A stretch of DNA of 64,000 nt from a virus. Positions 52,115 to 60,220 of this stretch are shown one piece after another. Below the pieces are notes generated by a model, which did not search any database, was not told where the DNA came from, and was given only the letters and a program-made list of their open reading frames with translations. Numbering within the stretch: the stretch's first letter is position 1; the number at the start of each line of letters is the position of its first letter. The stretch is from positions 64,001-128,000 of the IMG/VR virus record IMGVR_UViG_3300035670_000022; one strand, given 5' to 3'. Both the position numbers and the translations under genes were made by a program.

Positions 52115-52191
52115 ATATTTAAAGTTTTACTTTTCTTTGTACTCTTCTCTGTTTTAGTTGACGCACTTAATTGAATTAAAAAGAAGGGCTA

Positions 52192-53331
52192 ATGAGCGAC
52201 CTTGACTTTTACAAGATGTTTAATCAGCAGACCATCTCTGCTTACGGAGATATTGCAGGGGATTACCCTACAGCTCCGATTCCAGATAGCCATACTTCAC
52301 AGACAAATACTACCGCGCCTGCAGCACCGAGTGGTATCATTTCGCCACAACTAAACACAACCCCTGCGCCTATTGCTTCTCCGCAACAGCAGCAGCCTCA
52401 TACTCAGACTTACTCTTATGCTGTTCCTATGGGGGCTGCTCCTCCTGGGTATCGAGCTTCTATGTCTTGCTATACCTGTGAGTATTTTGAGCATTTTGCT
52501 CCTTCGCCTCATTGCTCCAAGTTTGATTTTCCCTGTCACTCTACTTATGTGTGTGACGGGTATGAGTCGCTTAATGATGAAGACGAGTTAGAAATGCACT
52601 CTGGGGTAGGAACCGATTTACATTTAGAAGTTGCAGAGTTAACCCAAGAAGAGATTGAGATTTTAGCTCAGGGTTGGACAGATGGAGGTAACGTTACTGC
52701 TTCCACTCGTAAGAAGAAAGCAGTTTTATCTGAAGGGCGTTTCCCTATCTTTGACGAAAAGTCTGCCAAGTCAGCAATTAAGCTGCGTGGACGAGCCAAA
52801 ACACCTAAAGAGCGCAAGAAGATTTTACGCGCCGCTGCTACTTATGCACCAGAAGATGCGAAGCGGGCTATGGAAGAGGATAAACAGAGTCTTTCTATTT
52901 CTCATGCTTTTGCAGATGGAAGAGTCCCAACTAATCAGGCTCTTTTTGCTCTAGCCTATAATTCTGCTGATGTCACTGAAGGAGATACTGAGTCTATTCA
53001 CGGAGTCTATTCTGAGTTGTATCAGAACTTGTATGGAACCAAAGAAGGACTTTATACTCAACCTCAGACTGCTACTGAGCGGCTATCTACCCCTGAGGTT
53101 AAACCTGAAGTTGAAGTCTCTGACAACCAACAGAACTTATCTGAGTTTGAGGCAGCGGTGTCTGTTGCTAGTTATAGCGGCGTTCAGCAGAGCCTAGAGA
53201 CAGATCCTCTTTATCAAATTGCTGAGAACAGAATTTTGCTCAAGGCAAGACAGGAGGGGCGGGAAGTCGGGGCGAGTGAGATCTCTACCGAGTACGCTCG
53301 GTTAAAGTCTATTCGTCAATCTACTAACTAA
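52192..53331 (+). CDS. Hypothetical head-cluster protein with a Cys4 module
   Basis: CxxC...C...C cluster and GRFPIFD..SAKSAIKL segment; precedes the protease. Confidence 0.6.
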   Translation: MSDLDFYKMFNQQTISAYGDIAGDYPTAPIPDSHTSQTNTTAPAAPSGIISPQLNTTPAPIASPQQQQPHTQTYSYAVPMGAAPPGYRASMSCYTCEYFEHFAPSPHCSKFDFPCHSTYVCDGYESLNDEDELEMHSGVGTDLHLEVAELTQEEIEILAQGWTDGGNVTASTRKKKAVLSEGRFPIFDEKSAKSAIKLRGRAKTPKERKKILRAAATYAPEDAKRAMEEDKQSLSISHAFADGRVPTNQALFALAYNSADVTEGDTESIHGVYSELYQNLYGTKEGLYTQPQTATERLSTPEVKPEVEVSDNQQNLSEFEAAVSVASYSGVQQSLETDPLYQIAENRILLKARQEGREVGASEISTEYARLKSIRQSTN

Positions 53332-53338
53332 TAAGGAG

Positions 53339-54391
53339 TTGATAATGGAACTCGTTACGATTCAAGATGAAACGCAGCAGTGGGACCTTCGAGAGACCGA
53401 AGATTCTGCTGGTCGGTATCTTAAAGTCCCTATTGCTATCAAAGGCAAATGGCAACATTCATTATATGGAGAGGTTGCTTTTACAGATCAGGATTTTGAC
53501 GAGGTGATCAATAACTGGTCTAGTGCTAAAGCTGGGTTTGACCCCCCTCTTTTTTTAGGACACCCTACTAACGATACTGGCTCAATGGAAGGCACTCCCG
53601 CTGCGGGCTGGCCTGACAAGATCTTTCGAGAGGACGATGTTCTCTACGGTCTTTTCTCCGCGACAGACGAGTCTTTATACGACGATGTTAAAAGCAAAAA
53701 GTTTAAATATGCCAGTGCAGAAATCGTTCGTGACGCCAAAGATAAAGAAACTGGTGAAAGAATTGGTACTCTGTTAGTAGGGACTGCTCTTACGAATCGA
53801 CCATTTATTCCCCTGAAGGATCATACGGTAGAGGTAGTAGAGCAGAAGTTTAGCGAGTTTACTACTCCTACTGTATTCACTTTTAGTCTAATTAACTCTA
53901 CAGAGAGCGATCCGATGCCTGAAACTTTATCTACTCCTTTAACGGAGCAAGTAGTTGCTCCAGCAGAGCCTGCGGTTGTTCCTAAAGAACAATATGATGC
54001 TCTAGTTACTGAATTTAGCAACCTTGCTAAAGAGTTCTCCACCATGAAGCAGCAGTTTTCTGATTTGCTGGCTAAGGAGAAGGAACGTGATGTTGAACTT
54101 AAACTCTCCAAACTAGAGTCTTTGGCTCTTCCTGCTTCTACAAAAGAGAGTTTTAGCGAAATGATTCGTTCTGGCACTCTATCCCAAGAAGCCGAAGACA
54201 AGCTGTTTTCTGACTATCAACTCTTGTCTGAAAACTACAAAGAAGTCTTCTCTGCCCAGCAGGGTGCTCAAGAAGACAAAGAGACAAAAGGCTTAGTTAT
54301 GCCAGAGTTTTACTCTCAGGTTATGGCTCAGCATAAGGAGATGTTTAGTAACTCCAATTTTGCTCGCACGATGCCTAAGGTTTTGGGCTAG
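53339..54391 (+). CDS. Prohead protease/scaffold (Mu I-like)
   Basis: GKWQH, PAAGW, FKYASAE, ALTNRPFI; coiled-coil C-terminus. Confidence 0.85.
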   Translation: MIMELVTIQDETQQWDLRETEDSAGRYLKVPIAIKGKWQHSLYGEVAFTDQDFDEVINNWSSAKAGFDPPLFLGHPTNDTGSMEGTPAAGWPDKIFREDDVLYGLFSATDESLYDDVKSKKFKYASAEIVRDAKDKETGERIGTLLVGTALTNRPFIPLKDHTVEVVEQKFSEFTTPTVFTFSLINSTESDPMPETLSTPLTEQVVAPAEPAVVPKEQYDALVTEFSNLAKEFSTMKQQFSDLLAKEKERDVELKLSKLESLALPASTKESFSEMIRSGTLSQEAEDKLFSDYQLLSENYKEVFSAQQGAQEDKETKGLVMPEFYSQVMAQHKEMFSNSNFARTMPKVLG

Positions 54392-54434
54392 GTCATACTA
54401 ATTCACAATTTTTTACTGACGAGGTCTAGTTGTA

Positions 54435-55769
54435 ATGCCCCCTGTAGATTTAGAGTTTCAGGCAAATGTAACGCCGTATGAGTATATCGGTGACGATCCT
54501 ACTTTTGGTTCGTTGCAATTAACGATGTTGGCTCGCTCTTTTGAGCTCACCGAGTTATCTGATTTGGACTTTCTGTTTCCGTCCAAAATGAGTCCCGAAC
54601 GCTCTCTTGTTATTGAGCAGCGTGTAGAAGGTCACGGTATCATGCCTCCTGTGGCTGCCGGTATCCCTAACGGTCAGTTTGTCGAACCTGATCGTATGCG
54701 TCGGTTTACGGTTGTTCCGCAGCCCTTCCGCGAAGATGACACTATTGACCGTTTAACTGCAAACCAGTTACGTCGTCCTGGTACCATCAACGAACAACTT
54801 CCTTTACAGGAGATGATGGCTAGTCGCGTACAAAAACTGGTTAACCGCCATGCCCGCACACGTAAGCTATTTCAATCAAAAATGCTTCAAGGCGGTTGGC
54901 GATATTATGATCCCCGCACCCGGGTGTCTATTGATGTCAGCTCTAACATTCCTCAACACAACTTATTCTCCTACAAAGGCTGGGTTGATACTGTAACTGC
55001 TGGCAGTACCGTCGATGTTATGGGTCGCTCCTATCAAGCCTTAGAGGCTATGGCTCCCGATAAGCCTCGCCCTGAAGGCTCTTTCTTTATCTCTTCTGAT
55101 GGTTATTTGGGTGTGCCTTGGACGTATCCGCAGGCAGATATCGTTCGTTGTGTTAAGCAGATCTCTACCTACTTACACTTAACGAACAAGAATAAGCCCA
55201 CCCACATCATCATGAACAGTCAACTTATGGCTGTTATCAGTTCTATCAACGAACTGTTTAAGTCCTTCCAAGGGCTACCTGGGATGCTTGTTAACAACTA
55301 TCCGACTAGCACGGTTGCAGGCAACACTGCTGTTGGTGCGTCCAATGTCGGTGCCGGTCCTTTACCGATTAGTTTCGGTCCTGGTGGCGAAATCACGGCT
55401 ATCGGTGGTCTTCAGGTTGTTCTTTTAGACGGTATCTGGCGTAATCCAGCTAACGATAATCAGCTCGAAGTGTTCTGGCCTTCTCACAAAGTGGCTATCG
55501 TTTCTGCTCAGTCTATGAGTGATCCTAGTGCCAAGTTGGGTTACACCTACCATTGCTCTGGTGAGTCTTGGGATGGTAAACCCGGTTTGTGGGTCGAAAC
55601 TGATATGGGTCTACGTCTTCCTTCTCAGGGGATTCACGTTAGCGCCGGCGACTGCTTTATCCCCTTTCCCGTGTATCCTCACTGGATTTCTTTACTGGAC
55701 GTCTGCGATCCTTCTGCCCTCTATACTTCTCTGCCCATGCTTCCCGATCTTGCCTACGGTACGTTCTAA
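54435..55769 (+). CDS. Major capsid protein (HK97 fold, lambda E-like)
   Basis: Follows the protease; 444 aa; LFP...MPPV...FRE pattern. Confidence 0.8.
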   Translation: MPPVDLEFQANVTPYEYIGDDPTFGSLQLTMLARSFELTELSDLDFLFPSKMSPERSLVIEQRVEGHGIMPPVAAGIPNGQFVEPDRMRRFTVVPQPFREDDTIDRLTANQLRRPGTINEQLPLQEMMASRVQKLVNRHARTRKLFQSKMLQGGWRYYDPRTRVSIDVSSNIPQHNLFSYKGWVDTVTAGSTVDVMGRSYQALEAMAPDKPRPEGSFFISSDGYLGVPWTYPQADIVRCVKQISTYLHLTNKNKPTHIIMNSQLMAVISSINELFKSFQGLPGMLVNNYPTSTVAGNTAVGASNVGAGPLPISFGPGGEITAIGGLQVVLLDGIWRNPANDNQLEVFWPSHKVAIVSAQSMSDPSAKLGYTYHCSGESWDGKPGLWVETDMGLRLPSQGIHVSAGDCFIPFPVYPHWISLLDVCDPSALYTSLPMLPDLAYGTF

Positions 55770-55814
55770 AAGTGCGGCTACGCTCGTTTATCTTCGCTAT
55801 AGGACTCAAAATAC

Positions 55815-56849
55815 ATGGTTTCCGCTTTATCACAGGTACAAACTGGATTGCGCTCTTACAACGGCGCACCTGGTTTTCGGTTCATCAAAGATATCTTTCC
55901 TGGCTACCGCCAGGGTGGTATCTCTTACTACCCTTTCTCTTCTATTAAGAGTGGGTTCACTCCTAGCTGGAGTCTTGCTGCTGCTGACCCTCTTGCAGCC
56001 GCAGCAGACGTTACGGTAGCGATCGCCCCCGGTTCTGCTTTGCTAGACGGACAGAATGCTAACCTTGCTTCTTCTCTTAATGTCACTTTTACCCCCGAAG
56101 ACTTGGTAACTGGAGATAACTACTTTCGTATCTTCTTAAACCCTACTCGGACTCTTCAGCCGGTGGTTTCTAACGGTGGTGTATACACTCCCCCTACCAC
56201 TCGTTTAAATGGTGATCCCATTGAAGATGGTGATTTGTATGCTGAAGCTGTAGACTTCCCCCGGGAGTTAGAAGCCTTTGCTTTTTACAAGCGCATTCAA
56301 GGAGCGTGGACTCCTTTTGATCCTACCTTTAGTGCTCCTGCTATGCCGGTTCAGTCCGGACAAAAACGGACTTTTGGTGGTGAGTGTCACTCTAAAGTTG
56401 CTTTAGGAAATATCAGCATTAACGCTGTTGAGATTCCTATCTATATTGCTGCTGGTTATCCTTCTTTTGGTTATCGTCCTGCACGTGCCAAACTGCGGGA
56501 GCCCGCCAGTTTAGAGTTGGTTACTGCTAAACTCCACTATCATGTTTTACCCATGGCCTTGAGCGTCACGTTTACCAACGGCTCTGCCACCGCCGAAGTT
56601 TCTTATGAACATCGCAGTGACTTTGCGGACGTGATTAACTCCATCGTAGACTTAGCGACTCTTGAGGTCGACGGTCTGGCCTTCACCGCTTACAACGCAG
56701 CCACGGGTGCTATCACTCTGTCTGCTGCGTATGCTGGGACCTCTGGAACCAATCAAGTTCTTTTGACTCCTGCTACTCCTGGTGAAGACTTTATCCTTTC
56801 GGTTAACCGTAGCGAGCTGTCTGCTTCTACCAACTTGACCAACCCGTAG
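55815..56849 (+). CDS. Virion structural protein (decoration-like)
   Basis: Beta-rich; directly after the capsid gene and before a terminator. Confidence 0.55.
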   Translation: MVSALSQVQTGLRSYNGAPGFRFIKDIFPGYRQGGISYYPFSSIKSGFTPSWSLAAADPLAAAADVTVAIAPGSALLDGQNANLASSLNVTFTPEDLVTGDNYFRIFLNPTRTLQPVVSNGGVYTPPTTRLNGDPIEDGDLYAEAVDFPRELEAFAFYKRIQGAWTPFDPTFSAPAMPVQSGQKRTFGGECHSKVALGNISINAVEIPIYIAAGYPSFGYRPARAKLREPASLELVTAKLHYHVLPMALSVTFTNGSATAEVSYEHRSDFADVINSIVDLATLEVDGLAFTAYNAATGAITLSAAYAGTSGTNQVLLTPATPGEDFILSVNRSELSASTNLTNP

Positions 56850-56863
56850 TCTCCTATTTGCGC

Positions 56864-56910
56864 TGCTTTGGGGTGAAGGGTTCTCTCTTTACCCTAGAGC
56901 AGTTTCTTTT
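56864..56910 (+). terminator. Intrinsic terminator
   Basis: CTGCTTTGGGGTGAAG/CTTTACCCTAGAGCAG stem followed by TTTCTTTT. Confidence 0.7.
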
Positions 56911-57022
56911 GATATCTAAGGGAGACAAACCCGAATAACAGATAAGTTTTAAGTGTTCAAGAACACTCGGAAAGTTCTTCTCCGAAGGATGTCAGTTTAA
57001 GTAATTTACCAACGATACCGAA

Positions 57023-57559
57023 ATGGCTAACTTCTACTACGTTACAGCTGTTGCTCCAGCCTCTGTCACTGTGTCTGGGCGGCGGTTTAATCTAGCTTCT
57101 GGAGATACTCGCGGACCCTTCTCCGAGATAGAAATTAATCAAATTATGGCTGGACCGGATCGCAGTCGTCTTGTCAGCACAAAGACGGTTACCAGCGACG
57201 ATCAGGCTCCTCCCACTGTTAAGACTACGCCTGTTAATGGCATGGGTATTGTTGTTGACTCTGACGAAACGGAAGTCGCCACTGCTATTCCAGCTGAAGG
57301 TAAGAGCTACGAAGAATCTCAATCTGCTCCCAGTATCGATACGCCTGAAAAGACTAATTACAGCACCACGTTTAGTGTTGAAGAACCTATTGCCCCTCCT
57401 GCACAACCGGAAGTAGTGGCAGAGATTCCAAATCAAGAAGACGCATTAATCACTACTCAGGCATTACCTCTTGATCCTGAAGTGCTTGACCCTACCGAAG
57501 ATATTAAATCTAAGACGAGAACTACTCGCACTCGCCGCGCTAGAACTAGTGAAAAATAA
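57023..57559 (+). CDS. Hypothetical protein
   Basis: ORF with low-complexity C-terminus. Confidence 0.65.
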   Translation: MANFYYVTAVAPASVTVSGRRFNLASGDTRGPFSEIEINQIMAGPDRSRLVSTKTVTSDDQAPPTVKTTPVNGMGIVVDSDETEVATAIPAEGKSYEESQSAPSIDTPEKTNYSTTFSVEEPIAPPAQPEVVAEIPNQEDALITTQALPLDPEVLDPTEDIKSKTRTTRTRRARTSEK

Positions 57560-59268
57560 TGTCTACGACATTTAACTTCTCTGACCGCTTTAGTTATCCT
57601 GCTGACAACGGGGTCACTTCTGATATCGACTTTAATACTGCGCAGACTTTAGTCGATGCCGATTTAGAAGCGGTATCTCCAGAGTTGGCAGAAATGGGAG
57701 TAATGGTGCGTCGCTATTCTGTGCTGCTGCAGCGTACCTCTCTCAAAGATATATTTAACATTATTGTTCAAGACTCCGATCCTAGGATTGCTCTGGTATT
57801 GGCGGCTGCTAAGTCTAAGGTTGACAACACACCTTTATTCGGTGGCTTAGACGCGGTTAAAGAGTTAATGTATGCAGATCCCGATCGGCCGGGGTTAACT
57901 CTCTTTACAAATAGGAATCTTTTTTCTGATGGCATCCGACGGGTCTCAGCGGCCTTAACTGCTTCTCGACTAATTGGACAACTGGCTCAGGTTAAAGAGC
58001 AGGCTGCCCATGCAGACATTATAGAGAAACAAGCGATTGAAGATTTAGATCGGATTGTTCTTACTTGGGAGACCAGCCGACTTTCCCAGCTGAGCGATAC
58101 AGAAAAAGAAGAGTTACCTCCTACTGCTTTCTATTTTGAGCCTGGGACTTGGGAACTTCCACCAGAGAAAGAGTTATACGTTGAGTGGCAGTCACCTTCT
58201 ATTCAGCGCGATTGGACGCTTGTTGGCGTCTACTCAAATACCTTTGAGACTTGGCAAGTAGTATCTGCCATTGTTGATGATATTAATGCCAAGACTGTTT
58301 TTAGCACTGATAGTCCTCTTCTTGCTACAGCAGAACTGTCTGGAGACTATGTTGCTTCAACAGCTATTCCAAATCCTTCTCTATATCACTTAATCAACTT
58401 TTACCCACGTCGTCCTATCCCTGGGGTGGTTGCCTACTCGATTAATCTTAAAATCGAGATTCGACTGAAAGAGGGGCAAACAGATACTTCTTCTGATACT
58501 TTTCCCGTAAATCGCACTCCGTTTATATGGGGTCGTCGAGCAGCAGCTCTCAATCGATATAACTGCAACGGGTCTATTATTGTTATTCGCAACAATAAAC
58601 TTAGTGGAAGCTCTAACCGGAGTGAGCAGGAAGATTATGAACCTTTCGTCTTGTACTTTAAGAATGGCGTTGACTACTCTGGCGTAGATGTGCCCCCACC
58701 CCAAGATGGAAAGTTGGTCTTCCGTGTGGAACCTTGGCAGCCTAATTTATCTCCTATTGATCCTGACACTGGAGAGCATATTGAAACCATTGAGGTCGAT
58801 ATACCTAGGCTAATAGCAGAGGATCCGGACGAGCAGGTGGATCTTGATAACTCTAGGTTTTCCCAAGTGGCGTTAGCGATGTTGAATGCTTTAGCCTCGT
58901 TAAACCTGGATACACGGGTCACCGGCGCCTTAATTCGTAATGATCCCTATAGCGCGTCTGATGCTGCGGCTGCTATGGAGTTGGTTCCGTGGTCAAAGCA
59001 GCGGGTTATTATTGCAGTCGTTTTAGACGTCTTAGAAGTACCTCCGGATATCTTGCTTGCCACAGGCGACAGAATGAGAGTTTTGACTCTGTACAGTAAT
59101 AAACCTAGGAGTATTCTCGTGAAGAATCCACAAAGTGATCAGGCTAACGGTGTTGTTGATGCTGTTATGAAAAAAGAGCAGACTCATGTTATCAAGAGAC
59201 GCCGCCCCAATTTATGGACGAGCATCCTAGATGAAGCAACGGTAGCAGAACAGCGCGGTTGGTCCTAA
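57559..59268 (+). CDS. Probable head-tail adaptor/neck protein
   Basis: Position between capsid and sheath; helical N-terminal domain. Confidence 0.5.
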   Translation: MSTTFNFSDRFSYPADNGVTSDIDFNTAQTLVDADLEAVSPELAEMGVMVRRYSVLLQRTSLKDIFNIIVQDSDPRIALVLAAAKSKVDNTPLFGGLDAVKELMYADPDRPGLTLFTNRNLFSDGIRRVSAALTASRLIGQLAQVKEQAAHADIIEKQAIEDLDRIVLTWETSRLSQLSDTEKEELPPTAFYFEPGTWELPPEKELYVEWQSPSIQRDWTLVGVYSNTFETWQVVSAIVDDINAKTVFSTDSPLLATAELSGDYVASTAIPNPSLYHLINFYPRRPIPGVVAYSINLKIEIRLKEGQTDTSSDTFPVNRTPFIWGRRAAALNRYNCNGSIIVIRNNKLSGSSNRSEQEDYEPFVLYFKNGVDYSGVDVPPPQDGKLVFRVEPWQPNLSPIDPDTGEHIETIEVDIPRLIAEDPDEQVDLDNSRFSQVALAMLNALASLNLDTRVTGALIRNDPYSASDAAAAMELVPWSKQRVIIAVVLDVLEVPPDILLATGDRMRVLTLYSNKPRSILVKNPQSDQANGVVDAVMKKEQTHVIKRRRPNLWTSILDEATVAEQRGWS

Positions 59269-59269
59269 T

Positions 59270-59286
59270 TTCTGAACCGTTCAGAA
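59270..59286. repeat. 17-bp palindrome, copy 4
   Basis: Exact sequence between the stop at 59268 and the ATG at 59304. Confidence 0.85.
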
Positions 59287-59303
59287 TCTATTCTGGAGAG
59301 CGT

Positions 59304-60110
59304 ATGCCTAAGTTAAGACCGACGATCAACTGGCTGCGTAAAGCACTGCTGGTTTCGATCATGACTCACCCATCTGTTAGAGAGCCGGACATTCTGTATC
59401 CCGGCACAGATGAGGTCGTCTCTCTAGACAGAGGACGGCTGTTTGGCGGCGTTGAGCTAATTGAGCCAGGACTAACTGTTTCTGTTCACCCTTATCACTC
59501 TTCTTTTAACGTTCTCTCTGGTAAGCCTACATCTTTGGGAAGCGATATGACGGCTGTGTATGACGATCTAAGGATACACAGAGAGACAATATCGGAAGGA
59601 CTTGAGCAAGAGAGAGGATACTCAGCTAAGATTCGTCTGATGGTGCAGCTCTTTTATCGAGATCCTGGGCTTAACGTCCCTATCTCTTTAACTGCTGACG
59701 TGATGGAGGCCCGCAGCACTCGACCTCGTCAGTGGCATGGTGTTGATGTGCGGTTTTATGATGACCCAGCTGTACAGTCTCATTTCCCTGATCTTCAGGA
59801 AATGCCAGAGTCTTTTACGTTTGAGGTACAGACCTTACCCGGAGAGGAAGTTTTAACGTTGTGGTTAGACCTACTTAAAGATGTTATTCGAGACGTAAAA
59901 GTTCTCTACCCGTTTAGTCAATATCGCTTTCCTACTATTATTGCTTCTGACTATCCTACGACAACATGGTTGGCTAATAGCGGTAATCTTATATTCCACA
60001 CTGCATATCATATTGTTGAATTTGAAGTTGCTGAGCCTCCACGAGTATATGATCCAGACATCCCTGCAGTGCAGCGTTTATACATCGTAGACAATCTTCA
60101 ACCGATGTAG
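59304..60110 (+). CDS. Probable tail completion/terminator protein
   Basis: Immediately upstream of the sheath; ATG at 59304 with GGAG. Confidence 0.5.
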   Translation: MPKLRPTINWLRKALLVSIMTHPSVREPDILYPGTDEVVSLDRGRLFGGVELIEPGLTVSVHPYHSSFNVLSGKPTSLGSDMTAVYDDLRIHRETISEGLEQERGYSAKIRLMVQLFYRDPGLNVPISLTADVMEARSTRPRQWHGVDVRFYDDPAVQSHFPDLQEMPESFTFEVQTLPGEEVLTLWLDLLKDVIRDVKVLYPFSQYRFPTIIASDYPTTTWLANSGNLIFHTAYHIVEFEVAEPPRVYDPDIPAVQRLYIVDNLQPM

Positions 60111-60220
60111 GACTGTGTATGCTGGAGGTAGAGGGCAGGTATATCTATAGAGAAATGAGATTAACCTTGCCATCACCTAAATTGAGTTGAAACTACATAT
60201 ACTCTTTTTGAGGTTTAGAG

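Larger units (their letters stand above)
4717..52153 (-). promoter_or_regulatory. Dispersed phage promoter motif AACAGAGAAGAGTR (15 copies, all minus strand)
   Basis: Copies start at 4717, 5842, 5897, 6994, 8739, 9210, 10301, 10373, 10474, 11278, 11347, 13492, 22096, 30327 and 52140; the gene-proximal copies lie 22-47 nt upstream of start codons. Confidence 0.8.

Noticed and set aside
41178-56026. Cyanobacterial HIP1 (GCGATCGC) enrichment as host evidence
   Set aside because: Only about two copies noticed, which is not enrichment
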